From Deltaproteobacteria bacterium (GTDB taxonomy: Bacteria; Myxococcota; SpSt-1050), in the NCBI GenBank assembly GCA_026416535.1, contig JAOAFA010000059.1, forward strand, positions 61,941 through 125,940: a DNA stretch of 64,000 nucleotides, in the 5' to 3' direction. Below are positions 47,739 through 59,422 of the stretch, in pieces (position 1 is the first letter of the stretch; each line of letters begins with the position of its first letter). The position numbers and the translations under genes are program-made. The notes under the pieces are model-generated. The model was not told the origin of the DNA. It ran no database searches and saw only the letters and a program-made list of their open reading frames with translations.

Positions 47739-48341
47739 ATGTCTGTCAATATGGATTTAGTCAAGGAATTAAGAGAGAAGACGGGTGCTGGAATGCTTGA
47801 TTGTAAAAATGCCCTTGAAAAGGCCAATGGAGATATAAACAAGGCTATTGAGTTGTTAAGAGAAAAAGGTCTTGCTATAGCACAAAAGAGAAGTGCTAAA
47901 GTAGCATCTCAAGGGGCCATTGGGTCTTATATTCATATGAATGGGAAGATAGGTGTTCTTTTGGAGATAAACTGTGAAACAGATTTTGTTGCAAAGACAG
48001 AGGATTTTCAGAAGTTTATGCATGAGATTGCTATGCAGATTGCAGCTGCAAATCCCAAATATCTTAGAAGAGAAGATGTCCCTGAGGAGGTAATCTCTAA
48101 AGAGAGAGAGATCTATACAAAGCAGCTCGAGGATCAAAAGAAACCACCTCAGGTAATAGAGAAGATAGTAGAAGGAAAGATTGAGAAATTTTTTGAAGAT
48201 GTATGCCTATTAGATCAACCTTATATAAGGGATGAGAAGAAGAAGGTTGGTGATCTATTGAAGGAGCTTATTGCTAAACTGGGAGAAAATATTGTTATCA
48301 GAAGATTCGTGAGATTCCAACTAGGTGAAACGTTGAAATGA
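47739..48341 (+). CDS. tsf: elongation factor Ts
   Basis: '[40 protein letters not shown]' is the N-terminal UBA-like EF-Ts signature. The gene sits in the rpsB-tsf-pyrH-frr context. Confidence 0.85.
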   Translation: MSVNMDLVKELREKTGAGMLDCKNALEKANGDINKAIELLREKGLAIAQKRSAKVASQGAIGSYIHMNGKIGVLLEINCETDFVAKTEDFQKFMHEIAMQIAAANPKYLRREDVPEEVISKEREIYTKQLEDQKKPPQVIEKIVEGKIEKFFEDVCLLDQPYIRDEKKKVGDLLKELIAKLGENIVIRRFVRFQLGETLK

Positions 48342-49072
48342 ATGATTTATTGTATAAAAGGGTTCTGATAAAGCTTTCTGGTGAGGCTCTTGCGGGTAGT
48401 CTCAAATTTGGTATTGATGAAAAGATACTTGAGTCTGTTGTGTCCGAGTTGAGAGAGGTGTACAGCATGGGTGTTCAACTCGCATTAGTTGTGGGCGGTG
48501 GTAATTTCTTTAGAGGGGTAAAGGCAGGATCTTCCTCTCTTATAGAAAGAGTAACAGCTGATCAGATCGGGATGCTTGCAACAATCATGAATGCCCTTGC
48601 AATATCTAGTGCTTTTGAGAGAATAGGTGTTTCTGCAAGGGTTCAATCAGCGATTGAGATTAATCAATTATGTGAACCTTATATTAGAAAAAGGGCGATA
48701 AGTCACTTAGAGAAGGGAAGGGTTGTAATTTTTGCAGCTGGGACTGGTAACCCTTATTTCACTACTGATACGGCGGCAGCATTGCGTGCAATTGAAATCA
48801 AGGCTGACGCTATTTTTAAGGCTACTAAGGTAGATGGAATATATGATTCTGATCCTGAGATAAATAAGGCAGCAGAACGATTTAAGAGACTTTCCTATTT
48901 GGATGTCTTAAAAAAGGGATTAAAAGTTATGGATTCTACGGCAGTCTCTTTATGTATGGATAATAACCTTCCCATTGTCGTTTTTAACTTGTTAGTTAAA
49001 GGAAATATTGTTAAGGTAATTAGGGGGGAAGATATTGGGACGGTTGTAGGTAGTCCTAAAAAAGAAGCATAA
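48338..49072 (+). CDS. pyrH: UMP kinase
   Basis: '[13 protein letters not shown]', '[11 protein letters not shown]', '[17 protein letters not shown]'. Confidence 0.9.
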   Translation: MNDLLYKRVLIKLSGEALAGSLKFGIDEKILESVVSELREVYSMGVQLALVVGGGNFFRGVKAGSSSLIERVTADQIGMLATIMNALAISSAFERIGVSARVQSAIEINQLCEPYIRKRAISHLEKGRVVIFAAGTGNPYFTTDTAAALRAIEIKADAIFKATKVDGIYDSDPEINKAAERFKRLSYLDVLKKGLKVMDSTAVSLCMDNNLPIVVFNLLVKGNIVKVIRGEDIGTVVGSPKKEA

Positions 49073-49095
49073 CTTTGTCAAGGAGTGTGATTTCA

Positions 49096-49659
49096 ATGGA
49101 AAGTATTGATAGTGTTTTAAATGAATTCAAGGGAAAGGTTAGTAGGGCTATCGATGTCTATGCTAAAAACATTGCGAGACTTAGAACGGGGCGGGCGAAT
49201 GTTCAAATTCTTGATGGAGTAAAAGTGGATTACTATGGTAATCAGGTGCCAATAAATCAGGTAGCCACAGTTAGTATCCCTGAACCAAATCTTATTATGC
49301 TTAAGGTTTGGGATAGGAATGCGGTCAGTGCTGTAGAGAAGGCGATTTTGGCCTCAGACATAGGTGTGACACCATCAACGCAAGGTGATGTAATAAGAGT
49401 TCCTTTCCCACCATTGACTGAAGAGAAGAGAAGGGATCTCATAAAACAAGTAAAGAAGATGGCCGAAGAATGTAAGGTCGAGATAAGAAATTTTAGAAGA
49501 GAGAGCAATGACAAAATTAAGAGCCTTGAAAAGAACTCTAAAATAACTGAAGATGATTCCAAAAAGGCAATTGAAAGAATACAAAAGGAGACTGATAATG
49601 CAATTGCAAAGATTGACGAGATTGTATCCTCTAAAGAGAAGGAACTCTTAGAGATATAG
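49096..49659 (+). CDS. frr: ribosome recycling factor
   Basis: The RRF family pattern 'L..V.V.YYG...P.NQ.A.V...EP..L...WD' is present. AGGAG lies 10 nt upstream of the ATG at 49096. The ORF track begins at an upstream TTG. Confidence 0.85.
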   Translation: MESIDSVLNEFKGKVSRAIDVYAKNIARLRTGRANVQILDGVKVDYYGNQVPINQVATVSIPEPNLIMLKVWDRNAVSAVEKAILASDIGVTPSTQGDVIRVPFPPLTEEKRRDLIKQVKKMAEECKVEIRNFRRESNDKIKSLEKNSKITEDDSKKAIERIQKETDNAIAKIDEIVSSKEKELLEI

Positions 49660-49666
49660 AGCCCTA

Positions 49667-50410
49667 ATGTCATCGGAAAATAGAAGCAGGATAGATCTTG
49701 AGAGACTCCCTGTCCATATAGCGATAATTATGGATGGGAATGGGAGGTGGGCTAATGAGAGGGGACTTAAGAGAATAGAAGGACATAAAAAGGGGGGAGA
49801 TGTGGTAGATGATATTACTACTTACGCAAGGCAATTGGGTATTAAGTATCTTACATTATATGCATTTTCGACAGAGAATTGGCAGAGAGACCCCGAAGAG
49901 GTCTCGTTTTTAATGCAGTTACTCGCTGATTTTTTAAGAGAAAAGAGGGAAAAGATCTTAAATAATAATATTAGATTAAATGCAATCGGAAATATAGATG
50001 ATTTACCCCAGCTTGTTAAAGAGCGACTTATAGCTGTTATGAATGAATCCTCGAAGAACTCGGAGATGGTGTTAACTCTTGCTCTAAGTTATGGTTCGCG
50101 GAGTGAAATAGTAAATGCAGTAAAGTCCATACTGAGGGATAGTTCTCAAGGTAAGATTAGTGTAGATGAGCTTACAGAGCAAAGATTTTCTGATTATCTA
50201 TATACGAAAGGAATGCCTGATCCAGACATCCTACTTAGAACTGGCGGAGAAAAGAGAATTTCAAATTTTTTACTTTACCAGATATCTTATTCGGAGCTTA
50301 TATTTGTTGAAAAAAAATGGCCTGATTTTACACCTAGTGACTTAGAAGAGGCGATAATCGAATTTCAGAGAAGACAGAGGAGATTTGGTAGGGCAAAGTC
50401 TATTATTTAA
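49667..50410 (+). CDS. uppS: undecaprenyl-diphosphate synthase (cis-prenyltransferase)
   Basis: 'PVHIAIIMDGNGRWA' and 'LTLYAFSTENWQR'. Confidence 0.9.
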   Translation: MSSENRSRIDLERLPVHIAIIMDGNGRWANERGLKRIEGHKKGGDVVDDITTYARQLGIKYLTLYAFSTENWQRDPEEVSFLMQLLADFLREKREKILNNNIRLNAIGNIDDLPQLVKERLIAVMNESSKNSEMVLTLALSYGSRSEIVNAVKSILRDSSQGKISVDELTEQRFSDYLYTKGMPDPDILLRTGGEKRISNFLLYQISYSELIFVEKKWPDFTPSDLEEAIIEFQRRQRRFGRAKSII

Positions 50411-50421
50411 ATAGGTGATAT

Positions 50422-51222
50422 ATGGGTAATCTCGTAAAACGAATTATCTCTGCACTTGTATTATTACCTCCTGTCGTTTTTGTAATTTTTAAAGGAGGAT
50501 GCTATATAAATGTACTTGTAGGATTAGTTGTTGTGCTGTGTAGTATAGAGTATTTTAAGATGTTGGGTTTTGTAAGAACATCTTTGATTATCTCAGTATT
50601 CTTAACATTGTTGGGATATATCGGTTTGATAATATTTCCACTTGAATATGTAGTTTTTGTTCTTATTGTGGTCCTGACATTGGCTGGGATCTACGTTTTA
50701 TTGAGTATTAGAGAGATAAAGGGCTCTTCTGTTAGACTTTCATATCTGTTTTCTGGAATTATATATTTAGGATTCTTTCCTGCTTTTATACCTCTAATTA
50801 GAAACTACAGTGCTAAGGAAGGTTTTTATTATCTTTTGATGTTTCTTGCTGTTATCTGGTTATCTGATACATTCGCCTATTTTGTTGGTAGGTCGTTGGG
50901 AAGACATAAGCTTTATGAGAAGGTCTCTCCCAACAAGACCATCGAGGGTTCTATTGGGGGAATAGTTGGAGGTCTTGTGGGTGTTTGTATTGTGTCTCTT
51001 CTTTTCTCTAAGTCTCCATCTATGAAACTATTTATATTTGTTGGTGTGGTGGTTAATATTGTAGGACAGCTTGGTGATCTGTTTGAATCAATGTTTAAAA
51101 GGGATGTGGGAATTAAAGATTCGGGGAGCCTGATCCCCGGCCATGGTGGAATGCTTGATAGAGTTGATGCTATAATTTTTGCAGCACCAACGATGTATTT
51201 ATTGCTTAGGTTTGTATTATGA
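50422..51222 (+). CDS. cdsA: phosphatidate cytidylyltransferase
   Basis: Polytopic membrane protein with C-terminal 'SPNKTIEGSIGG...FKRDVGIKDSGSLIPGHGGMLDRVD', the CTP_transf_1 signature. Confidence 0.85.
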   Translation: MGNLVKRIISALVLLPPVVFVIFKGGCYINVLVGLVVVLCSIEYFKMLGFVRTSLIISVFLTLLGYIGLIIFPLEYVVFVLIVVLTLAGIYVLLSIREIKGSSVRLSYLFSGIIYLGFFPAFIPLIRNYSAKEGFYYLLMFLAVIWLSDTFAYFVGRSLGRHKLYEKVSPNKTIEGSIGGIVGGLVGVCIVSLLFSKSPSMKLFIFVGVVVNIVGQLGDLFESMFKRDVGIKDSGSLIPGHGGMLDRVDAIIFAAPTMYLLLRFVL

Positions 51223-52379
51223 AGCGGATAGTTATATTGGGATCCACAGGCTCTATAGGTACTCAGGCGTTGTCGGTAATTGAGAAAAACAGAGATAAAT
51301 TTGAGGTGTATGCATTGTCCGCTCATTCAAATATTGATTTATTACTTAAGCAGATAAAGAAATTTAAACCGAAAAAGGTGGCACTGTATAGTGAGATAGC
51401 AGCAGATAGGTTAAGTAAGATGGTAAAACATAATGGAGAGGTAAAGATATTGGCAGGTAGTAAAGGATTGGAAGATATATCATCAGATAGAAAGGCTGAT
51501 GTGATTTTAGTGGCTGTGACGGGGATTAATGGTCTTCCTAGTGTAATGAATGCATTGAAAAATAAAATATGTGTCGCACTTGCAAATAAAGAATCATTAG
51601 TATCAGGGGGTAGATTTGTTGTAGAGCAACTTAGAGTTAGCAATGGCATGATAATACCTGTAGATTCTGAACATTCAGCTATTTTCCAATTGTTGTCAAA
51701 GGCTGAAAAGAGCGCTGTTAGACGTGTGGTACTTACAGCAAGTGGTGGACCTTTTAGAGGTAAGAGTCTTGCTCAGATAAAGAATGCTAATATAAAAGAG
51801 GTACTCAAGCACCCCAGGTGGAATATGGGTAAAAAGGTATCTGTGGACTCGGCAACTATGGTTAATAAGGCATTTGAAATGATAGAGGCAAAATGGTTAT
51901 TTGATCTTAGTTCGGATAGAATAAATGTTGTTATACATCCTCAGGCTATTGTACATTCACTCATTCAGCTTGTAGACGGTTCATATATTGCCCATATAGG
52001 TCCAACAGATATGCGCGCCCCAATTGCTTATGCACTCTCTTACCCAGAGAGATTGGATAACGTAATTAGGGATACTCATTTGAGTGAACTCGAGGATATA
52101 ACATTTGAAAAAGTAAGATATCCATTTAATCGCCCGCTTAATATAGCACGTCACGTTATCGACTACGATAACGATATGGGTATTGTGTTTAATGCTGCTG
52201 ACGAGGTTGCAGTTGAACTATTCTTACAGAACAAAATCTCTTTTGGAGATATAGGTAAGATAATAGAGTATTCTATAAAACATTTTAAACCATCAGGCAT
52301 CAAAACAATAAACGATGTTTTGTTATTTGATATGGAGATAAAAACATTTATTAGAAAATATGTCTCGGAGAGGTTTTGA
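51219..52379 (+). CDS. dxr: 1-deoxy-D-xylulose-5-phosphate reductoisomerase
   Basis: 'IVILGSTGSIGTQAL', 'LANKESLV', 'PVDSEHSAIFQ'. Confidence 0.9.
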   Translation: MKRIVILGSTGSIGTQALSVIEKNRDKFEVYALSAHSNIDLLLKQIKKFKPKKVALYSEIAADRLSKMVKHNGEVKILAGSKGLEDISSDRKADVILVAVTGINGLPSVMNALKNKICVALANKESLVSGGRFVVEQLRVSNGMIIPVDSEHSAIFQLLSKAEKSAVRRVVLTASGGPFRGKSLAQIKNANIKEVLKHPRWNMGKKVSVDSATMVNKAFEMIEAKWLFDLSSDRINVVIHPQAIVHSLIQLVDGSYIAHIGPTDMRAPIAYALSYPERLDNVIRDTHLSELEDITFEKVRYPFNRPLNIARHVIDYDNDMGIVFNAADEVAVELFLQNKISFGDIGKIIEYSIKHFKPSGIKTINDVLLFDMEIKTFIRKYVSERF

Positions 52380-53998
52380 TGAGTCTTATATATTTTTTAA
52401 TTTTGATTAGTGTTTTAATCTTTGTCCATGAGCTTGGTCACTTTGTAGTGGCTAAGTTGATGAATGTGAAAGTCTTGAAATTTTCACTCGGATTTGGAAC
52501 ACCTATAGTCTCATTTAAGCGAGGAGAGACAACATATCAAATTAGTTGGATACTCTTTGGTGGATATGTGAAAATGCTGGGAGAGAATCCAGACGAAGAA
52601 CTCCCACCGGAAGAGGTGAATAGGTCATTTTATAATCAATCTCCATTTAAAAGATTATTGATAGTGGTAGCAGGACCCCTTATGAATATTTTATTCCCAT
52701 TTTTTATCTATTATTTTGTTTATGTATTTCCTTCGCAAGAAATCTCAAATAGAATAGGAATGGTAATGGAAGGTAAACCTGCGGAGAGAGCAGGGATTAA
52801 AAATTATGATAGAATAATAGAGGTGGATGGTAGGAAGATAGAATATTGGAGGGAGCTTTTAAGGGAGATATCTAAGAGACCGGGTGAAAGAGTTGAAATT
52901 AAGGTAGAGAGGGATGGGAAAATAATTCCTCTTATAATTGATATTGCAGCTGAAAAAGAGGTATCAAGGTACGGGTTTACGCAGATCCTGGGCAGGATAG
53001 GAGTGAGTCCGTATATGCCTGCCTCAGTGATATATATACCCGATGAACGTTCTCCTGCTTATGAGTTAGGTCTTAGATCTTTTGACCAAATTAAGAGTGT
53101 TAATGGGATAAGTACTGATTCTTTTTTGAGGCTTGAGAAAATTTTGAGGGAGAATGATGGGAGAGAGGTCAGACTTGAGATCGTGAGGGGTGAAGATAAG
53201 CAAAGGAAGGAGGTTATAATTCTTGCAAGAACTGTAGAGGAGCTCGGTATTGAACAGGCCGAATTATATATCCATAGAGTTGAGAAGGGCTCGCCAGCAG
53301 ACGTGTCTGGTATGAGGGTAGGAGATAAGATAGTGTCAGTTAATGGAATAAAATTAAACTACTTTGCAGAATTAGAGTCAATATTTGCAAGGGAACCTGA
53401 TAGGATGCATGAGTTTGAAGTTTTGAGAGGTAAAGATATGGTTAGATTGAAAGTAAAATTGGAAAAACAAGTGAAAAAAGATGATTTCAAGCAGGAATAT
53501 AATTATTTTGTTTTTGGAGCATATAATAATTCATATTTCACCGATGGAGAGATCGTTAGGAAGGGGTTTACTCCCATTGATGCAATAGACGATGCTATTT
53601 ATGAGGGATTAGATGTTATAAAGGCGACAGTAGTAGGTATTTATCAACTCATAACTGGACAGATATCATTCAAGAGCGTTGGTGGTCCAATCATGATTTT
53701 CGGTATTGCTGGGAAGGCCGCTAAAAAGGGGGTTTCTATTTTTCTCAACGTCATGGCCCTAATAAGTATTAACCTTGGAATAATAAATTTATTGCCATTA
53801 CCTGTTCTTGATGGGGGTCACATAATAATGAGCTTGGTAGAAATCATATCTCGTAGGCAGATCCCTGTGAGAGCAAGACTCGTTATAAATTTCGTTGGTA
53901 TGGTAATGATTTTGACTATGACAGTCCTTGTGTTGTTTAATGACATTGCTAGATACAGTGAAGAGATTGTCTCGTGGTTGGTGAGGATATTTAAGTGA
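52376..53998 (+). CDS. rseP: RIP site-2 metalloprotease (M50) with PDZ domains
   Basis: N-terminal 'HELGHFVVAK' (HExxH in TM1), internal PDZ-like regions, and C-terminal 'LNLLPLPVLDGGH' (the LDG motif). Confidence 0.85.
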   Translation: MMSLIYFLILISVLIFVHELGHFVVAKLMNVKVLKFSLGFGTPIVSFKRGETTYQISWILFGGYVKMLGENPDEELPPEEVNRSFYNQSPFKRLLIVVAGPLMNILFPFFIYYFVYVFPSQEISNRIGMVMEGKPAERAGIKNYDRIIEVDGRKIEYWRELLREISKRPGERVEIKVERDGKIIPLIIDIAAEKEVSRYGFTQILGRIGVSPYMPASVIYIPDERSPAYELGLRSFDQIKSVNGISTDSFLRLEKILRENDGREVRLEIVRGEDKQRKEVIILARTVEELGIEQAELYIHRVEKGSPADVSGMRVGDKIVSVNGIKLNYFAELESIFAREPDRMHEFEVLRGKDMVRLKVKLEKQVKKDDFKQEYNYFVFGAYNNSYFTDGEIVRKGFTPIDAIDDAIYEGLDVIKATVVGIYQLITGQISFKSVGGPIMIFGIAGKAAKKGVSIFLNVMALISINLGIINLLPLPVLDGGHIIMSLVEIISRRQIPVRARLVINFVGMVMILTMTVLVLFNDIARYSEEIVSWLVRIFK

Positions 53999-54654
53999 GA
54001 GTCCTTGCTATTGATACTTCATCTGATGTGGGGGGGATAACCATACTTAGTTCTAATAATGAAATTAATCGATTGGGGATAGGTGATTCAGGTAAACTAG
54101 CAGAGAATATTTATTCGATGATAGAGAAGGTGTTAATTAACTCTAATATAAATATTACTTGTATAGATTTATTCTCTGCAGTTCTTGGACCAGGTTCATT
54201 TACCGGTCTGAGGGTGGCACTATCCGTAATTAAGGCATTTGCTTTTTCTTTAAACAAACCTGTATATGGAATTGATACAATGAGGTTGATGGCTCATGCA
54301 GCTTTCAAGACAAGAGATACGAGTAGAGTGTTCATAGTTCAGAACGCAAGAAGGGGAGAAGTCTTTATATCCTTGTTTGATAGGTCTCTAAAAGAAATAG
54401 AAGGGGTGAGAATAATATCTAGCGCAGAGTTATTAAATGTTTTAAAAAGGGAGAAATGCCCAGCAGTTATAAGAGAAGTTGAGCTAGCAAACCTCTTTCC
54501 AGACCCATTAGAGGTGATTTGTGTAGAAAGGGACCTCTCACTTTCTTGTGCCGAACTTTCTTTAGTTGCTTTGAAAGAGGGTCTTGCGCCATTTCTTCCA
54601 TCAGAGCTTGAACCTATTTATGTAAGAAATGACGTTGTGAGAAGTAAGAGATAA
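53995..54654 (+). CDS. tsaB: tRNA t6A biosynthesis protein TsaB (inactive Kae1/YgjD paralogue)
   Basis: 'MRVLAIDTSSDVGGITIL' and 'GPGSFTGLRVALSVIKAFAFSLNKPVYGIDT'. Confidence 0.75.
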   Translation: MRVLAIDTSSDVGGITILSSNNEINRLGIGDSGKLAENIYSMIEKVLINSNINITCIDLFSAVLGPGSFTGLRVALSVIKAFAFSLNKPVYGIDTMRLMAHAAFKTRDTSRVFIVQNARRGEVFISLFDRSLKEIEGVRIISSAELLNVLKREKCPAVIREVELANLFPDPLEVICVERDLSLSCAELSLVALKEGLAPFLPSELEPIYVRNDVVRSKR

Positions 54655-55366
54655 AGTTTTCAGTATTTCATTCAAAACTTTGAGTTTCAAAAATGAAAAG
54701 GCTCTATTTTAAGTATATCAGCAATTATTACATTTATTGATATACTAGTAGGCAAATATTTCATCTCAAAGAGGCATGATATCTATCGTAGAACAGCCTC
54801 CTTGATGAATGTTGAATTAATAAATCCTCTAAAAACATATCGTCTCTACTTCTCTCAAGAAAGGCTTAAAGTCTTTCTATCTTGTGTGAGGAACTTTCAA
54901 ACTAAAGACTTCTCAATCATTAAAACTCCCAGCATTTTCTTTCTGTTTGGATGGGTGTATAGTTATAGCTTGTTTGAGGTTATGTAATGGTTTTTCCATA
55001 TTTGCCCTCATAGCTATGTTTTTGATGTTAGAGCTATGTCAGGGTAACCTCTGGATTTATATTAAGAATGAAAAATATTTAGTTTATGCTGGGTATTAGA
55101 ATGAAGTTTTTGTGTTTGAGTAATTGGGTGGAACATGGGCTTACGTTTTGAAAGAATGTAGAATATTCAACTTGCAATCTTATATTTCCAGAAGCAAATC
55201 CTATAATGTGGTAGGTCATGCAACTGATTTTGGATAATTATAGTGTGGATGTCAGGTGATTATTTGCTTGAAATTTAGTTGGTTGTAATGTAATTAAAAA
55301 ATCATATGTTTTTACTTTATAGCTAATTAGAGTTTGTGAGTATTTTTATCAATATTTTTTGGAGGA

Positions 55367-55918
55367 ATGATGATGGTAAGTAATCATGATATGTCAGTTG
55401 CTGATGAGATGTTTTTTGATGCAGATGAAAAAATAAAGAATGGTAAAATTGTAGAGGCAAGAGATATATTGATTGACCTAATTACTAAATCCCCAGAGTA
55501 TGGTAGGGCATATAATCATTTAGGATGGTTGTATGAGACAAAGTTTAAGGATTTTGTAGTAGCTGAAAGTTATTATAAAAAGGCATTGGAGTTAGTTCCA
55601 AATTATCCAGCTACTTATATAAATTATTCCATTTTTCTTTCCAATCTTGGAAGATTTGATGAACTCGAGGAGCTTCTCAATAGAGCAATTAGTGTGCCAG
55701 GTATCAGCAAGGATAGAGTTTACAATGAGTTTGGAATAATGTATGAGCTAAAAGGCGAATTCTTAAAGGCTATAGAGTATTATAAAAAGGCGATCTATGC
55801 ATCTCTTTCAGAAAAGGATATAAATTTGTATAGGGAGGCAATTGACAGGTGTAATTTGAAAAAAGAAATTTTGGATAGTAACGGTAATAACGTATTTGTT
55901 AAGGATGTGAAAAATTGA
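55367..55918 (+). CDS. TPR-repeat protein
   Basis: 'GRAYNHLGWLYE', 'ESYYKKALELVPNY', 'AIEYYKKAIY' are the TPR consensus positions. GGAGG ribosome-binding site. Confidence 0.5.
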   Translation: MMMVSNHDMSVADEMFFDADEKIKNGKIVEARDILIDLITKSPEYGRAYNHLGWLYETKFKDFVVAESYYKKALELVPNYPATYINYSIFLSNLGRFDELEELLNRAISVPGISKDRVYNEFGIMYELKGEFLKAIEYYKKAIYASLSEKDINLYREAIDRCNLKKEILDSNGNNVFVKDVKN

Positions 55919-55921
55919 GGG

Positions 55922-57277
55922 TTGGATATGAGGAGGCTTTTTGGAACTGATGGGATTAGAGGTATAGCAAATGAATATCCGATGACAGCAGAGATGGCAA
56001 TGCAGATTGGTAGGGCTATAGCTGTTTTATGTAAACATGGTAATCACAGACATAAAATAATAATAGGTAAAGATACGAGGATATCAGGTTATATGTTTGA
56101 GACCTCTTTGTCCTCTGGAATATGTTCTATGGGTGTGGATATTATGCTTGTTGGGCCTCTCCCTACACCAGCCATTGCGTTTATAACTCAGAGTATGAGA
56201 GCTGATGCGGGAATAGTCATTTCTGCCTCTCATAATCCTTATCAGGATAATGGGATTAAGATATTTTCGAGGGATGGTTTTAAGTTGCCTGATGAAATTG
56301 AGGAAAAGATTGAAGAGCTTGTCTTTGCGGCTTCCATGGATTCACTGCGTCCTAGTCCTGATAGTATTGGGAAGGCATTTAGAATTGATGATGCCTCTGG
56401 AAGATATATTCAGCATCTGAAGAATACATTTCCTGCCGAGATGACACTAGATGGGTTTAAAATTGTCGTAGATTGTGCAAATGGTGCAGCATATAAAGTC
56501 GCACCAATTGTTTTTTCAGAATTAGGTGCAGATGTAATAAGCACAGGTGTAGAACCTGATGGTATAAATATTAATAAAGATGTGGGGGCACTTTATCCAG
56601 AACATGTCTCGGAATTGGTAAAAAAACATAAAGCAGATATAGGAATAGCGCTTGACGGAGATGGTGATAGGGTAATTATTTGTGACGAAAAGGGGAGGGT
56701 AGTAGATGGTGATCAGATAATGGCTATTAACGCGGTAGATATGGCAAAATCTGGAAGGTTGAAAAAAAATATCGTTGTTGCCACAGTTATGAGTAACATG
56801 GGGCTTGAGATATTTCTTAAGGATAATGGCATTAGACTTGCCAGGACCCAGGTTGGCGACAGATACGTAGTTGAGTATATGAGGGGTAATGGGCTTAATT
56901 TTGGCGGAGAACAGTCAGGTCATATTATTTTCATGGATCATCTAACTACGGGGGATGGGATACTTGCTGCACTTCAAACCCTATCGGTAATGAAGAAGAA
57001 GGAAAGGCCCCTTTCTGAACTTGCGAATGTCATGAAGAAATTTCCCCAAGTGCTCATCAATTTTAAGGTTAAGGAAAAGAAGGATCTTAGTTCAATTGGC
57101 GAAGTCTCAAGGGCGATAAAACAGGCTGAAAAAAGTCTTAAAGGCAAAGGACGCATCCTTGTTAGATATTCTGGGACAGAGATGAAGTTGAGGGTAATGG
57201 TTGAAGGGGAGAGTAAAGAAAAAATTGAGAAGATTGCAAACAATGTATCAGAGATTATCAAGAAGTACGTCTGTTGA
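55922..57277 (+). CDS. glmM: phosphoglucosamine mutase
   Basis: 'LFGTDGIRG' and '[14 protein letters not shown]' (the active-site Ser loop), followed by '[10 protein letters not shown]'. Confidence 0.9.
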   Translation: MDMRRLFGTDGIRGIANEYPMTAEMAMQIGRAIAVLCKHGNHRHKIIIGKDTRISGYMFETSLSSGICSMGVDIMLVGPLPTPAIAFITQSMRADAGIVISASHNPYQDNGIKIFSRDGFKLPDEIEEKIEELVFAASMDSLRPSPDSIGKAFRIDDASGRYIQHLKNTFPAEMTLDGFKIVVDCANGAAYKVAPIVFSELGADVISTGVEPDGININKDVGALYPEHVSELVKKHKADIGIALDGDGDRVIICDEKGRVVDGDQIMAINAVDMAKSGRLKKNIVVATVMSNMGLEIFLKDNGIRLARTQVGDRYVVEYMRGNGLNFGGEQSGHIIFMDHLTTGDGILAALQTLSVMKKKERPLSELANVMKKFPQVLINFKVKEKKDLSSIGEVSRAIKQAEKSLKGKGRILVRYSGTEMKLRVMVEGESKEKIEKIANNVSEIIKKYVC

Positions 57278-58032
57278 TGGGAGGGGGTATGAGACCTAAG
57301 TTGGGAGTAAATATTGATCATGTTGCAACTCTAAGACAGGTTCGAATGTCGGTTTATCCAGATCCTGTTCATGCAGCTGTTTTGTGTGAGTTGGGAGGTG
57401 CAGATGGTATTACTGTTCATTTGCGTGAGGATAGAAGACATATACAGGAAAGAGATGTAAAAATATTGAGGCAAATAGTGAAGACAAAGTTAAATTTGGA
57501 AATGGCTGCAACAAAAGAAATGGTGGAAATTGCTCTTGATATAAGGCCAGACTCGGTATGTCTTGTTCCTGAAAAGAGGGCGGAGTTGACCACTGAGGGT
57601 GGGTTAAATGTGGTTGAGTCTCAGGAGGTTGTAAGAGACGTTGTAAAGGCTTTGAAAAATGCAGGAATAGAAGTAAGTATTTTTATAGATCCAGACCTAG
57701 ATCAGATTTCAATGGCGAAGAGATGCGACACAGATGCGATTGAGTTACACACAGGAAAATATTGTGATGCACCTGATAAGAAGCATAGGGAGTATGAACT
57801 CTCGCGCCTTATAGATGCTGCAAAGGCTGCCTCTAAAATGGGTCTAAAAGTGAATGCAGGTCACGGGTTGAATTATCAGAATATCTTTGATGTTGCATCC
57901 ATTGAGGAGATAGAGGAGTTTAATATCGGACATTCAATAGTTGCGCGTTCTATCTATGTTGGATTAGAACGAGCTGTCAGAGAGATGGTGGAGCTTTTGA
58001 GGTTTTCGAGACAATCAAGAGCAAATAGATGA
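57274..58032 (+). CDS. pdxJ: pyridoxine 5'-phosphate synthase
   Basis: '[13 protein letters not shown]', '[12 protein letters not shown]', 'ELHTGKY'. Confidence 0.9.
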   Translation: MMGGGMRPKLGVNIDHVATLRQVRMSVYPDPVHAAVLCELGGADGITVHLREDRRHIQERDVKILRQIVKTKLNLEMAATKEMVEIALDIRPDSVCLVPEKRAELTTEGGLNVVESQEVVRDVVKALKNAGIEVSIFIDPDLDQISMAKRCDTDAIELHTGKYCDAPDKKHREYELSRLIDAAKAASKMGLKVNAGHGLNYQNIFDVASIEEIEEFNIGHSIVARSIYVGLERAVREMVELLRFSRQSRANR

Positions 58033-58781
58033 AGGTTCGCATCAATAAGTTCATAGCGGAGTCAGGTTATACATCGAGGCGAAAAGTAGATGATCTGATT
58101 GCCCAAGGGCGGATAAAGGTTAATGGCAGGGTTCTTCGCGAAATGGGGGTAATGATCGATCCGGATGTGGACATAGTAACGATTGATGACGAGGTTGTAT
58201 TGCCGGAGAAAGAAAAGGTTTATATTCTTTTAAATAAGCCTCCGAAGACGATATGTTCAAGTTATGATGATAGAGGTAGAAGGACAGTGATAGACCTAGT
58301 CAATTCAAAAGTGAGGGTTTTTAATGTTGGTAGACTTGATTATGATGCCGAAGGGGTTTTACTCCTTACTAATGATGGCGAACTCGCTAATATGTTGACT
58401 CATCCCAAATATCAGGTTGAGAGGATCTATCATGTGAAGGTTAAGGGTGTTATTAGTCCGTTAAAACTTTTGGAACTAAAAAAGGGGGTTCATTTAAGAG
58501 ATGGATTTGTCAAACCAGCCTCAATAAAAGTTATAAAATCAACTGGTATCAACACGTGGGTTGAAGTTATCCTAAAAGAAGGAAAGCATCATGAGATAAA
58601 GAGATTGTTTGAATATGTTGGGTATGATGTAATAAGGATAAAGAGGGTTGAATTTGCTGGTCTTAGAGTTGATGATATACCTGTAGGTGGCTATAGGGAA
58701 CTATCACCAAAGGAAGTCAAGAGGCTTTACGCTTATGTAATGTCCCGGACAAATAAGAATAAATCCAAAAGAAAAGATTAG
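58029..58781 (+). CDS. pseudouridine synthase, RsuA/RluB family (S4 domain plus catalytic domain)
   Basis: The S4 domain reads '[30 protein letters not shown]'. The catalytic Asp loop reads '[21 protein letters not shown]'. Confidence 0.75.
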   Translation: MKVRINKFIAESGYTSRRKVDDLIAQGRIKVNGRVLREMGVMIDPDVDIVTIDDEVVLPEKEKVYILLNKPPKTICSSYDDRGRRTVIDLVNSKVRVFNVGRLDYDAEGVLLLTNDGELANMLTHPKYQVERIYHVKVKGVISPLKLLELKKGVHLRDGFVKPASIKVIKSTGINTWVEVILKEGKHHEIKRLFEYVGYDVIRIKRVEFAGLRVDDIPVGGYRELSPKEVKRLYAYVMSRTNKNKSKRKD

Positions 58782-59317
58782 TATTTACATATTTATGTTA
58801 TTTCTAAATTCAAGTCACATCTTTTTACTAATTTAAAATGACACATACCTCAAACCTTTTCTCCATGGGTGATTTAATGCTGGTTCGTATCTCTTCTTTC
58901 TCTCCTTTTTCTCTAAAACTTCTGTAGTTCTAAATCCTAAGAAGTCCTCTTCTCTTTCTGTTCTTGCCTCATATTCATCTTTATCAGTAGTCTCTGCATG
59001 GGATAATTTCTTACCTCCCCATAAAATCTCTATCCTTCCATCCAGAAGTTCGTATGCCTCCACACATTCCCCACACAAATCCCTTTATACCATTTAATGG
59101 AAGAAATTGGTAAATATCTCCATAGAATCTAATGAGATTGTCCTTGTTAACCTTTTTTGTTCATTTTGTTGAAAAGATATTTATCTCTTTGAGGAGAGAC
59201 TCATAGAGGCTTTCTAAATTGTGAGTATACCTTACTTTTCAAATGGTTATATCCTGTTTCATTTTTATGAAATAATCCGATCCAATAAATTTTTCTTGGC
59301 TTTCAATCAGTTTGGTA

Positions 59318-59350
59318 GACCTCAGCAACGGGGTTTGAGTTGCCTGAGGT
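59318..59350. repeat. strong imperfect inverted repeat / hairpin (about 11-bp stem with one bulge, 9-nt loop)
   Basis: acctcagcaac-ggggtttga-gttgcctgaggt. It lies in a 640-bp non-coding stretch. No T-run follows it (the next bases are tataaaattt). Confidence 0.45.
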
Positions 59351-59422
59351 TATAAAATTTAGTCTTCACACCTATCTATCTATCGTGTAGTTTATCCACA
59401 AGATAAAAACATAGGTTAAATT

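Noticed and set aside
54802-54987. 61-aa ORF in the 710-bp spacer after tsaB
   Set aside because: No ribosome-binding site, hydrophobic junk-like composition. The whole 54655-55366 spacer looks non-coding; I noted the spacer but did not call a feature.
58833-59078. 81-aa minus-strand ORF rich in Glu/Lys/Arg
   Set aside because: No motif, weak start context, and embedded in the low-coding patch. It is reported only as part of that finding, not as a gene.
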